From: Candidatus Eiseniibacteriota bacterium
Lineage (GTDB): Bacteria; Joyebacterota; Joyebacteria; Joyebacterales; Joyebacteraceae
Assembly: GCA_043815815.1 (NCBI GenBank)
Contig: JBDRIO010000009.1
Span: 75,293-139,292, forward strand
Reading direction: 5' to 3'
DNA: 64,000 nt
Shown here piece after piece: positions 27,568-36,024 of this stretch; positions within the stretch are counted from its first letter, which is position 1, and every line of letters begins with the position of its first letter. Under the pieces are notes generated by a model, which was not told where the DNA came from, searched no databases, and saw nothing but the letters and a program-made list of their open reading frames with translations. The translations under genes were made by a program, and so were the position numbers.

Positions 27568-30500
27568 CTACTTGAGGAGGACCATCTTCTTCGAGTCCGA
27601 CGCCTCCCCCGCGTCGATCCTGTAGAAGTAGACGCCCGACGACACGTCCCTGCCGGACTCGTCCTTTCCGTCCCACACGGCGCCGTACCGGCCGCCCGTG
27701 AGCGTCGCGTCTATGAGCGTTCTCACCGCGCGTCCGGCCACGTCGTAGACGACGAGCGAGACGGGCGAGCCGTCACCATCCGCATCCGCCGCCGGGACCA
27801 CGAAGGCGATCGTCGTCACCGGATTGAACGGGTTCGGGGAGTTCTGGTGCAGCTCGACACCGGCGAAGCTGGCCCATTCGGAGCCGTCTTCGTCGACTCC
27901 CGTCGGGACCACGAACTCGTAGTGCTGCGTCCGCCACTCGTCGTGGAGGAAGCAACCCCACGCGACCCCGTCCCCGTCGGCGAAGTCGCCGGCGCAGTCC
28001 CAGACGTAGACGCGCGTGTCCATCCCACCGATGATCACCTCGATGTCGCCGTCCTCGTCGATGTCGCAGACGAGCGGCGAGCTCGTGATGTCGGAGGCAG
28101 TCTGTATGGGCCAGCCCGGCAGAATGGAGCCGTCTACGTCGAAGCAGTAGAGCTTGCCGTCCTTGCAGCCGGCGACGATCTCGAACTCGGGGTCGCCGTC
28201 GATGTCGGCGACCGCCGGGCTGGACAGGCTGTTGCCTCCCATGGCGACGGGCCATCCGGGAAGGTCGTTCCCCAGGTAGTCCTTGACCGTCAGGCTTCCG
28301 TTGCGCCCTCCGAGAACGATCTCCAGGTATCCGTCGCCCGTCAGGTCCGCGAAGACCGGCGACGGCGAGAAGTCCTCGGAGAACTGAATCGTCCGTGGCC
28401 ACCCGGGCATCACCGTGGCGTCCCGCTCGAGCGCCCACACCTTGTCGGCGTTCGAACTCACGACCACCTCGAGGTATCCGTCGTTGTCGATGTCTCCTAC
28501 GGACGGAGACATGTACGAGTTCGACTCGACCCAGAACGGCCACCCGGCGACGCGCGAGCCGTCGCTGTGCCAGGCGTAGACGCTGTCGCTCGTCGACGCC
28601 TGTATGATCTCGAGCTCCCTGTCGCCGTCCAGGTCGGCGATCGCGGGCGAGCCGTAGACCCACGACCCCCCGAGGTTGGCGAACACGCCCAACGTCAGCG
28701 GGTCATCGTCGCCGTCTATGTACTCCGACCCGTTGTACCTCCAGCAGTAGAGCTTGCCGTCGGCGCACGGAAGCAGTATCTCGGACCGTCCGTCGTGGTC
28801 GAGGTCCGCGAGGGCGGGGCTCGACCAGCAGAACTTCTTCGTGGTCACGGGCCATCCGGGAAGAACAGATCCGTTCTCGCCGTTCCAGACGTACACCTCG
28901 TACGCCGGGTCGATGTCGCTGCCCACGTTCGCCCAGGCGGGCGCCACGATCTCCATCCCCGGGTCGCCGTCGACCTCGCCGATCGCGGCGGAGGCTCGGT
29001 AGCCTCCGACGCCGTCGGTCTCGAAGATGCCCCCGGTTCGGGGGTCGCCGTCGCCGTCCAGGACCTCCGTGCCGTCCGCGTGCCAGACGTAGATGTGGTC
29101 GGAGGGAATGACGATCTCGAGCCCTCCGTCGCCGTCAACGTCGGCGCAACCGGCGCTCGCGTACATACCGGCCTGCGTGTCCAGAGGCCACCCGATCAAA
29201 CTGGGCGGATTGGTGCTGATCGACAGCAAGAGCGAGTTGTCGCTCCTGTTGCCGGAAGAGTCGACGGCCACGACGTAGTAGTGATAGAGCGAATTCTCGT
29301 CCAGACCCGCGTCAGAGAAGTAGGCCGTCCCCTCGATGACCGCGTCGTTGGCCACTACGTACGGTCCGCCCATGTCCTCGGCGCGGTAGATGTCGTACCC
29401 GAGCAGGTCGGAGTCCGGGACGACGTCCCAGGACAGGTCGATCGTCGTGCCCTTGACGTTGCCGTAGACGGTGTCGGGGCCCGAGGGCTTCAGGAAGTCG
29501 ATGTACGAGGACCAGGAGCGGCCCTCGTCGTCCGTGAGCGCGAGCCTGAAGTGGTCCGCGATGCTGCTCGCGACCGTGAACGTGAACCCGCCGGCTCCCG
29601 ACGCGGCCGCTCCGGCCGTGACGTCGCCCCACGAGTCCGTGCTGTCCGTCACGGTCACCGCGCCGGACGGATACCTGAGCGACCCGACGACCGAGCCCGC
29701 GTCGCCGTTCCCGTCGTTCAGTATCTCGATGGACACGTCGACCGTCTCACCCGTCTCCGGTATTCCGTTGCCGTTGCCCGCGGAGTCGTCCAGGTCGACG
29801 TAGAGCTGGCAGAGGTCCGGGCGGTACACGCGAACCTGGAATTCCTCGGACCAGAGGGCGCGCGCGCCCTCGCTGAACTCGATCGTGAAGACCACGTCGT
29901 GCTCGTTCGGCGCGTCGATCGTAGACGAGAAGCGGAACGCGGCGTCCGCGAACGACGAGTACCCGGCGTTGATGCTGCCCAGGAACTCAGTTCCGTCCTC
30001 GACGATAATGTAGCCGTCGGACGACGAGAGCGTCGCCGTCACCTGACCGGCCGAGGCCGTGCCGCTGTTCATCGCGGTGACGTCCAGCTCCACCGTCTCC
30101 CCGCTCTCGAAGAGACCGTTGCCGTTCCCGTCGCTCGCTCCCGCGACGTCGTCATCGAGATCGGTCGACTCGAGATACACGTGCGCGCCCGACGCGGCCT
30201 GCACGCTGACGGTCGACTCGTACGGGATGTACCCGGGCGCCGTGACCGTCACGGTCAGGGTGCCTGTCGTGTCGGGAATGAAGCTCAGCGTCACCTGGCC
30301 CGAGGCGTTGGTCGTGCCGCGCGCGTAGACGTCGCCCGCCTTCTCGATGCAGACGAACGCGCTGTCCACCGGACTCGGGTCGGTGACGGTGACGGTGATC
30401 CCCGTGTCGCCCACCTGGACGCTCGACGGATGTCCCGCCGTCATCGTCGACGGTCTGCCGGTCCAGAGCGTAAGCTCCGGGTCTCCGAGAAGCACCGTGG

Positions 30501-32310
30501 CCAGCTGGGTCCAGCGGTCGGTGTTGTCCGCGCCGGACTCCTCGTAGCTCGCGTGCAGCGCCTTCGCTCCCGAGCAGAGCGGTCCGGCCTTGGTCGTGGC
30601 GTGGTTGTAGAGGAGGTCCAGCCAGTCCCAGTAGTACGACCGGGAGGTGGCGGGGAACGCGTATCGCGTGGGTCCGAACAGCCCCGCCGAGCCGCCGTCC
30701 GGGTTGTTCATGAACCGCTCGGCGATACAGTCGTAGTCGATGGCGGCCGTCGTGCAGTTGAGCATCCACAGGAAGGACGCTCTGTCTTGCCCATTCGTGA
30801 GCGCTGAGACGTCCGACATCCCCATGTAGCTGCCGCCGCTCGCTCGAAGGATGTCCTTGTTACCGTGGCCCACGTGGACGACGATGTTGTAGCCGCGGTC
30901 GAGCGAGTCTCCCATCGCGGGCGCGCTCAGCGGATTGGCGGTCGGGAACTCCGCCATGTTCTGGTAGACCCTGCTGTTGTGTATCCACGCCGGCACGTAG
31001 GAGAGCGCCGGCTCCGCGATGTCCGACGCCCCGTCCAGGCTGTAGACGCCGCTCTCCCAGTCGTAAGGGAAAAGGACCTCGGCCAGGTAGAGATTCCGGT
31101 CGGTGAAGTGCGGCACCGGCGTCTTCTCGTAGGCCTCGGTCTTGTCGAGGAACGTCTCTATGTGCACGACGTTCCGGACGGGCGCGCGACCGACGAAGAC
31201 GTCCGAGTACAGATCCACGCTGTCGCCCGGTGAGGAGACGCCCCTGTAGCCCTCCCCGAATCGGTTGTCACCGTCCGCGTTCCAGTTGCCGTCCAGATCG
31301 CTGTAGTAGAGGTCGCACGGAATGGACTCGCCGCCGTAGTACGTCGTGTACGCCTTGCGGACCGGGACGATGTCCGTGTCGCCGCCCAGAAGGACGTACG
31401 TCGTTCCCCAGGACGAATAGGCGTCCTGGATGAACATCCTGATGCGCTCCTGGGTGTCGCAGCCTCCGGGGTAGTTCGAGTTGATCCACGCGACGGTCCG
31501 GACGACCGCCGGAATGCCCTTCGTCGTCTTCCAGTCGGCGAGCTCCTGGAAGTACGGCGCCAGCACGTCGTTCGTGATGATAACGTACTCGACAGGACTC
31601 CCGTCCAGCGACGGCGTGTAGCGCGGTAGGAATCCCTCGGGCCCCGCGTCCTCGACGACCGTCACGTCGGACCCGCGCATCCCCCGGACGTCAAGGGGAT
31701 TCTCGACCATCCCCGCGACGAGCCTGCCGTAGAGACGCTCGGACTCCGCCGTCACGCGATGGCGCGGGAGCGACCGGTCGGCGCCATTCCCCAGGACGAG
31801 TTCGACGGAGATGTCGGTCGCCATCGTCAGTCTGCCGGAGGCGGGCGCGTACTGGAGCGGATAGACGGCCACGCTCGCGATCCTGTAGCCGCCGAGGAAG
31901 CCGTCGCCCAGGTACTCGACACGCTTCGCGGGATACGGAGCGTCGCTGCCGTAGACGGAGGCCTTGGGGTCGACCCACTCCGCCGTCTCCCCGATCGGCA
32001 CTTCCCGTTGAGCCGGCATCACGCGGTGCGTTCCGGGGAGCTGCACCTCATCGTACTCCACCACCAGGTCCTCGACGCGCGCGTCCGCCGGGATCACGAA
32101 ACGGAGGATGCGGACGGGGAGTTCCGGCTCGCCGACGTCGGCCATGGAGCGACAGCCCTCGATGCTCAGGCTCACGTACGCGCCGAGGCGGGAGGTCTCC
32201 AGCTCATCGACATCGAACGATGCCCGAGCGGCGCCGGTCAGCGCGGCAGCACTGCCCGCGAGAGCGAGCACCGCACACGCCGCGATCAGTGTCCCGAAGT
32301 GACTTCGCAT
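27568..32310 (-). CDS. 1580-aa secreted gingipain-like peptidase (C25 propeptide + C25 catalytic domain), Ig-like/CARDB-like and FN3 modules, 8-blade FG-GAP-type beta-propeller, T9SS/FlgD-Ig-type C-terminal domain
   Basis: Signal peptide 'MRSHFGTLIAACAVLALAGSAAA'. C25-like 'EYVIITND...WKTTKGIPAVV...YVLLGGDTDIVP', putative His 'VHVGHGN' and Cys 'MLNCTTAA'. Eight 'xDxDxDGxxEI(V/I)' + 'LPGWP' repeats at about 27994-29211. C-terminus 'NPFNPVTTIAF...YDVAGRAVRTL...WDGKDESGRDVSSGVYFYRI...KMVLLK'. AGGAGG lies before the ATG. Confidence 0.85.
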   Translation of the reverse strand: MRSHFGTLIAACAVLALAGSAAALTGAARASFDVDELETSRLGAYVSLSIEGCRSMADVGEPELPVRILRFVIPADARVEDLVVEYDEVQLPGTHRVMPAQREVPIGETAEWVDPKASVYGSDAPYPAKRVEYLGDGFLGGYRIASVAVYPLQYAPASGRLTMATDISVELVLGNGADRSLPRHRVTAESERLYGRLVAGMVENPLDVRGMRGSDVTVVEDAGPEGFLPRYTPSLDGSPVEYVIITNDVLAPYFQELADWKTTKGIPAVVRTVAWINSNYPGGCDTQERIRMFIQDAYSSWGTTYVLLGGDTDIVPVRKAYTTYYGGESIPCDLYYSDLDGNWNADGDNRFGEGYRGVSSPGDSVDLYSDVFVGRAPVRNVVHIETFLDKTEAYEKTPVPHFTDRNLYLAEVLFPYDWESGVYSLDGASDIAEPALSYVPAWIHNSRVYQNMAEFPTANPLSAPAMGDSLDRGYNIVVHVGHGNKDILRASGGSYMGMSDVSALTNGQDRASFLWMLNCTTAAIDYDCIAERFMNNPDGGSAGLFGPTRYAFPATSRSYYWDWLDLLYNHATTKAGPLCSGAKALHASYEESGADNTDRWTQLATVLLGDPELTLWTGRPSTMTAGHPSSVQVGDTGITVTVTDPSPVDSAFVCIEKAGDVYARGTTNASGQVTLSFIPDTTGTLTVTVTAPGYIPYESTVSVQAASGAHVYLESTDLDDDVAGASDGNGNGLFESGETVELDVTAMNSGTASAGQVTATLSSSDGYIIVEDGTEFLGSINAGYSSFADAAFRFSSTIDAPNEHDVVFTIEFSEGARALWSEEFQVRVYRPDLCQLYVDLDDSAGNGNGIPETGETVDVSIEILNDGNGDAGSVVGSLRYPSGAVTVTDSTDSWGDVTAGAAASGAGGFTFTVASSIADHFRLALTDDEGRSWSSYIDFLKPSGPDTVYGNVKGTTIDLSWDVVPDSDLLGYDIYRAEDMGGPYVVANDAVIEGTAYFSDAGLDENSLYHYYVVAVDSSGNRSDNSLLLSISTNPPSLIGWPLDTQAGMYASAGCADVDGDGGLEIVIPSDHIYVWHADGTEVLDGDGDPRTGGIFETDGVGGYRASAAIGEVDGDPGMEIVAPAWANVGSDIDPAYEVYVWNGENGSVLPGWPVTTKKFCWSSPALADLDHDGRSEILLPCADGKLYCWRYNGSEYIDGDDDPLTLGVFANLGGSWVYGSPAIADLDGDRELEIIQASTSDSVYAWHSDGSRVAGWPFWVESNSYMSPSVGDIDNDGYLEVVVSSNADKVWALERDATVMPGWPRTIQFSEDFSPSPVFADLTGDGYLEIVLGGRNGSLTVKDYLGNDLPGWPVAMGGNSLSSPAVADIDGDPEFEIVAGCKDGKLYCFDVDGSILPGWPIQTASDITSSPLVCDIDEDGDIEVIIGGMDTRVYVWDCAGDFADGDGVAWGCFLHDEWRTQHYEFVVPTGVDEDGSEWASFAGVELHQNSPNPFNPVTTIAFVVPAADADGDGSPVSLVVYDVAGRAVRTLIDATLTGGRYGAVWDGKDESGRDVSSGVYFYRIDAGEASDSKKMVLLK

Positions 32311-32514
32311 GTTGTCGGAATCCTCCTGGGTACGCGAAAGCAGAAGCCTGCTTCTACACCAAGAACCACCGGCTTCGCTGCCTCAGAATCGAATCGGCAC
32401 TCATGTGCCGGGCCAAAACGATCGACGCTTAGCGATAGCAGTGGTCTGTAGAGGCAAACTCCTGCTTTTTCACCCACTTCGAGGCCAGCGACCTCGTTCG
32501 TATACCTATAACAA

Positions 32515-32543
32515 AGTTTAGCACAGACTCGGTCCAGTGTCAA
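32515..32543 (-). promoter_or_regulatory. Putative promoter (TTGACA-17-TAAACT) upstream of the C25 peptidase gene
   Basis: The minus strand reads TTGACActggaccgagtctgtgcTAAACT, in an AT-richer patch about 200 nt upstream of ATG 32310. Confidence 0.55.
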
Positions 32544-32661
32544 GCCTGCTCGCTGCCGCGTGGGCCGGAACGGCCTTTGTGGAGGGGCGCTTCCGAGCGC
32601 CTGATACGAGTCCGCCGGAAGGCTTGCCACGGGCCTCCCGGCGCTCACGACTCGCTGCACT

Positions 32662-32738
32662 TGGTGGAGCCAGCGGGGATCGAACCCGCGACCTCTTGAC
32701 TGCCAGTCAAGCGCTCGTCCCAACTGAGCTATGGCCCC
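32662..32738 (-). tRNA. tRNA-Ala (anticodon GGC), CCA encoded
   Basis: Cloverleaf by hand: acceptor GGGGCCA/TGGCTCC with G3:U70; D stem GCTC/GAGC; anticodon stem CTTGA/TCAAG with loop CTGGCAG; T arm GCGGG-TTCGATC-CCCGC; ACCA end. Confidence 0.95.
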
Positions 32739-32763
32739 ACGCTGGAATCATCTTTCTCGTGGC

Positions 32764-32791
32764 ATTCTAGCATCCGTGACGCCCCAGTCAA
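32764..32791 (-). promoter_or_regulatory. Putative tRNA-Ala promoter (TTGACT-16-TGcTAGAAT)
   Basis: The minus strand reads TTGACTggggcgtcacggaTGcTAGAAT, with an extended -10 TG. The -10 ends 25 nt before the mature tRNA 5' end. Confidence 0.6.
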
Positions 32792-32836
32792 GCCCAATGT
32801 CGCCCCCCGCCCCGCCGGACCGCGGCCCCGCCCTTC

Positions 32837-32865
32837 TTGACCGCCCCCCGGACCGATGCTAGAGT
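32837..32865 (+). promoter_or_regulatory. Putative tRNA-Leu promoter (TTGACC-17-TGcTAGAGT)
   Basis: The plus strand reads TTGACCgccccccggaccgaTGcTAGAGT. The -10 ends 18 nt before the tRNA 5' end. Divergent from the tRNA-Ala promoter. Confidence 0.6.
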
Positions 32866-32883
32866 TTGCCAGCTCAAAGCTGC

Positions 32884-32971
32884 GCCGGAGTGGCGAAACT
32901 GGTAGACGCGCGGGACTCAAAATCCCGAGGGCCCTGGGCCCGTGCCGGTTCGAGCCCGGCCTCCGGTACCA
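32884..32971 (+). tRNA. tRNA-Leu (anticodon CAA), long variable arm, CCA encoded
   Basis: GCCGGAG acceptor; 'TGGCGAAACTGGTAGACGC' D arm typical of tRNA-Leu; anticodon stem CGGGA/TCCCG with loop CTCAAAA; variable arm 'agggccctgggcccgt'; T arm GCCGG-TTCGAGC-CCGGC; ACCA end. Confidence 0.93.
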
Positions 32972-32975
32972 GAAC

Positions 32976-33010
32976 AGAGGAGGGGCCGCCTCACAGGTGG
33001 CCCCTCCTCT
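32976..33010 (+). terminator. Strong stem-loop terminator after tRNA-Leu (possibly bidirectional)
   Basis: AGAGGAGGGGCC...GGCCCCTCCTCT is a 12-bp perfect stem, extendable to about 15 bp, followed by 'ttcgtct'. It lies between the tRNA-Leu 3' end and the convergent lipoprotein gene stop (33068). Confidence 0.65.
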
Positions 33011-33067
33011 TTCGTCTGCCGTGCCCGCATCGCGCCCGGCGAACTACCGTGCCGGCGCTCCGCGCCT

Positions 33068-33529
33068 CTACTCGATGAAGTCCACGGGTATGCCGGGACC
33101 CTGGCCCACGATGACGACGTCGTATGAGGTGCCGCTCGTCGTGACCGCGACCGTCGCCACGTGCGTGCCGTAGTTCGACACGAGCGGCATCGCGCTCGAG
33201 GTCGTGCGGTTCACGTACACCGCGTAGTCCATCTCGTACGCGTGTGCCTGCCCGAGCTCGACGCCCACGACACTGTACGTGCCCGTCGCGCCCGTCGTGG
33301 CGGTGTAATCGACGCACTCGCCGTCAGACGTCTGACCGCGAAGCCTGACGTCGATGCCGACCAGAGCCGAGCCCGTGTCCGAGCGGACCGTGCCGCTGAT
33401 CGAACCCTCGTTGCCGGCCCAGGACGACTCCGGACCGACCGTGCTGCAACCCGCGATGCCCAGTACGGCCACAGCGACCAGGGCGGCAGCCATCGCCGCG
33501 CGATGCATAAGCCGACGCTTGCCCCGCAT
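33068..33529 (-). CDS. Small lipoprotein with carboxypeptidase-regulatory-like beta-sandwich domain
   Basis: ORF open to 33727. ATG 33529 is preceded by GGAGGG. Lipobox 'AVLGIAGC'. 'GSISGTVRSDTGSALVGIDVRLRG' is a CarboxypepD_reg-like start. Confidence 0.65.
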   Translation of the reverse strand: MRGKRRLMHRAAMAAALVAVAVLGIAGCSTVGPESSWAGNEGSISGTVRSDTGSALVGIDVRLRGQTSDGECVDYTATTGATGTYSVVGVELGQAHAYEMDYAVYVNRTTSSAMPLVSNYGTHVATVAVTTSGTSYDVVIVGQGPGIPVDFIE

Positions 33530-33798
33530 AGTGCTTCCCTCCTCTGCCCCGGCCATCCGGCCGGTGGCTACAGTCCTGGTGCCAAGCGGTCCGTTCTTCT
33601 GGAGAACCCCGAGCCCGCCGCCGCGGACGCTCTGACACACCCCCTGACAACTACACAGCGTCATTCCGTACTGTCCTAAGTTGCATAGACTATGCCAATG
33701 CAGGTGTGAAACATGGCCTAAGTCCATCTCTGCCGGGCCCTTCTGCCGCTCCGGGGGACTCGACGGGGCCCTGCCGGGCTCGGGGATGCTGATTCCGC

Positions 33799-33827
33799 TT
33801 GCCCGTCCGGGCCGGCTCCCCTATAGT
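33799..33827 (+). promoter_or_regulatory. Putative promoter (TTGCCC-17-TATAGT) for the Yip1-family gene
   Basis: The plus strand reads TTGCCCgtccgggccggctccccTATAGT, about 95 nt upstream of ATG 33926. Confidence 0.45.
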
Positions 33828-33925
33828 GGCGCCGTCCGACCCGGAAGATGACGGCCTGCTCGGGCACGGGCGCCCGGGAGTCGGCTGCTCTCACAGTATT
33901 GCCCGCCGAGAGGAGGGTTCTCGAA

Positions 33926-34441
33926 ATGCCGTTCATGGACTATCTGAAGAAGGCGTGGGAGATCATCAAGCTCAACAAGGAGGTCATCGGCGAGATGGCC
34001 GCCGACGAGAAGGCCGTCGGGCCGGCGCTCGGCATCGTTGCCATCAGCGGCGTCTGCTGGGCGATCGGGGCGCTGCAGCCGCTCGGGATACTCTACGGCC
34101 CGGTCGTGCGCCTGATAGGGTTCTTCATCTTCACAGGCATCGTCCACTTCGTCGCGACGACCTTCCTGGGCGGCAAGGGTGAGTTCAAGAGCTTCATGGT
34201 CCCCGTGGGCCTCGCGATCATGGTCACGTGGGTGTCGGTCATCCCTCTTCTCGGCATCGCGCTCGGCTCCCTGGCGGGACTCTGGGTGCTCGTCCCAGCG
34301 GTGCTGGCAGCCGAGCACGTCTACCAGGTCGATAGGGGCAAAGCGGTCATCGCCGTCGTCGCCCCCATCGTGGTCTTCATGATCCTGGGCGGCATACTCA
34401 TGATGGTCGGCCTCTCGATGTGGGCCATCCTCGGCAACTAG
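33926..34441 (+). CDS. Yip1-family integral membrane protein
   Basis: ATG 33926 is preceded by GAGGAGGG. 171 aa with five predicted TM helices. N-terminus 'MDYLKKAWEIIKLNKEVIGEMA' is typical of Yip1/DUF1282-type proteins. Confidence 0.6.
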   Translation: MPFMDYLKKAWEIIKLNKEVIGEMAADEKAVGPALGIVAISGVCWAIGALQPLGILYGPVVRLIGFFIFTGIVHFVATTFLGGKGEFKSFMVPVGLAIMVTWVSVIPLLGIALGSLAGLWVLVPAVLAAEHVYQVDRGKAVIAVVAPIVVFMILGGILMMVGLSMWAILGN

Positions 34442-34465
34442 GATCTCGGTGCGCGGCCGACGGGC

Positions 34466-34492
34466 GGGGCGGAGTGGCGGTCACTCCGCCCC
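34466..34492 (+). terminator. Stem-loop terminator after the Yip1-family gene
   Basis: Perfect 11-bp stem GGGGCGGAGTG/CACTCCGCCCC with loop GCGGT. Tail 'gttcgcttgcctt'. Confidence 0.55.
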
Positions 34493-34811
34493 GTTCGCTT
34501 GCCTTGAGGAAGCGCTCCCCTCCCTCTCACCTCAACTGCCGGAGAGTGCGCTACTCCTCTCCCGGGATCGACTTGCGGTGAGCCGCCCCTCAGAGCCTGA
34601 ATCGGGCTTCAACCGGAACACGCGGCGAGTGTCCAATCCCTTTGAGCGGCCGGTGGCCGCTCGAGGAGAGAGAGTGAGCGAGGTGCGGCGTCTCCTTCCA
34701 GGGAGCGTCGCAGGAGGTTCAGCGTCGGCGGCGCCGCCAGATGCCGCCGGCGGGGGAAGGCGCCTGAGCCCGCCGTACGCGCGGCAACACGGGCAAGCGG
34801 AGGTGGCTTCT

Positions 34812-35867
34812 ATGGGCAAGAGGATTGTCGCGGGAACAGTCCTTGCGAGCATGTGCCTTCTTCTGGTCGCGGCATCGGCCGCGGCCGGCGAGAAGGCGCA
34901 CGTCATCAGGATCTGTACTCCTGAGGACGCGAAGAAGGAGTACAAGGTCGTCATCGAGGGCGAGAGCGACCGCGCCTGGCTGGGCGTGGGCATTCAGGAC
35001 CTCGACGCGGAGAAGCGCAAGGCGATGGACCTCGACAAGGGCGCCGGCGGCGTTCTGGTCAACGAGGTCTACGAGGAGAGTCCCGCGGAGGCGGCCGGCC
35101 TCAAGGACGGAGACGTCATCGTCGGCCTGGCCGGCAAGAAGACCACGGACGTCAAGCACCTCATCGACGTCATGGGCCACCTCGACCCTGGCAACGAGGT
35201 GGAGGTGACGGTCCTGAGGGACGGCAAGGAGCAGATGCTCATAGCGGTGCTCAGCAGTCGACCCGAGGAGATGTGGGTCGAGAGCAGCGGTCCCTTCATG
35301 AGCGGTCTCAAGGGCCTCGAGGGCCTTGCCATGCTCGGCGACCTCGCCCTTCCCTGGATCGAGATAGGTCTCTCGGGCGGCGGCGGACGAGGCAGGCTGG
35401 GCGTCTACATCGACGACCTGAGCAGCGGCCTCGCCGAGTACTTCGAGGTTCCCGACGGTAAGGGCGTACTCGTCGAGGACGTCGTAGACGACAGCCCGGC
35501 TGAGAAGGCGGACATCAGGGCCGGCGATATCATCATCAAGGTCGGCGAGACGAGGGTCGGCGACCGAGGCGGTCTCATCGAGGCGATAGCCGAGATGGAG
35601 GCCGACGTTGAGACTCCCATCGTCGTCGTCAGGAAGGGCAAGGAGCTGACGCTCAGTGCCGTCGTCGGCGAGAGCGAGTACGACAAGGCGATCAAGGAGT
35701 ACGAGAAGGCCATCAAGATCCACTCGGACGAACTGGGCAGGGCCCGCTCGAAGGCCATGATCATCGAGTCGAAGGAAGTCGCTGACGACCTTGAGGAAGA
35801 ACTCGAGGAACTGCGGCAGGAGCTGCAGGAACTCAAGAAGGAGCTAAGGGAACTCAAGAAGGACTAG
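34812..35867 (+). CDS. Secreted tandem-PDZ protein with C-terminal charged coiled coil (no protease domain)
   Basis: ORF open from 34449. ATG 34812 is preceded by GGAGGTGG and gives signal peptide 'MGKRIVAGTVLASMCLLLVAASAAAG'. Two PDZ units ('GVLVNEVYEESPAEAAGLKDGDVIVGLAG', 'GVLVEDVVDDSPAEKADIRAGDIIIKVG'). Tail 'EELEELRQELQELKKELRELKKD'. Confidence 0.75.
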   Translation: MGKRIVAGTVLASMCLLLVAASAAAGEKAHVIRICTPEDAKKEYKVVIEGESDRAWLGVGIQDLDAEKRKAMDLDKGAGGVLVNEVYEESPAEAAGLKDGDVIVGLAGKKTTDVKHLIDVMGHLDPGNEVEVTVLRDGKEQMLIAVLSSRPEEMWVESSGPFMSGLKGLEGLAMLGDLALPWIEIGLSGGGGRGRLGVYIDDLSSGLAEYFEVPDGKGVLVEDVVDDSPAEKADIRAGDIIIKVGETRVGDRGGLIEAIAEMEADVETPIVVVRKGKELTLSAVVGESEYDKAIKEYEKAIKIHSDELGRARSKAMIIESKEVADDLEEELEELRQELQELKKELRELKKD

Positions 35868-35915
35868 GACCGGAAAGCACCAAGGGACACGACGATGCTC
35901 TTGTCCCCTCCCTCG

Positions 35916-35944
35916 GCCCCCCGCCTACCAGCTCGGCGGGGGGC
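35916..35944 (+). terminator. Stem-loop terminator after the PDZ gene
   Basis: 10-bp perfect stem GCCCCCCGCC/GGCGGGGGGC with a 9-nt loop, followed by 'ttctctctgg'. Confidence 0.6.
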
Positions 35945-36024
35945 TTCTCTCTGGTCCGCCGCGCCTCACAGGGCGCAGGGCGGACGGAGCCTCAGAGCGC
36001 CCCCGCAACCGAACGGGCGCCGCC

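Noticed and set aside
27847-30807. 986-aa plus-strand ORF antisense to the C25 peptidase gene. Similar cases occur at 39038..41416, 24367..26391, 45497..47500 and 9201..10841, among others.
   Set aside because: These are shadow ORFs of well-supported genes on the other strand, with compositional bias and no motifs.
32286-32723. 145-aa minus-strand ORF overlapping tRNA-Ala and the C25 leader; also small ORFs at 32856..33173 over tRNA-Leu.
   Set aside because: They overlap tRNA genes and promoter/leader DNA, have no SD and show no homology signal.
24859-32971. Genomic island integrated at the tRNA-Ala/tRNA-Leu locus carrying the two giant secreted-protein genes.
   Set aside because: There is no integrase, transposase or phage gene. 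I could not find a direct-repeat copy of a tRNA 3' end. Base composition and SD/promoter style look like the rest of the window. This cannot be excluded without comparative genomics.
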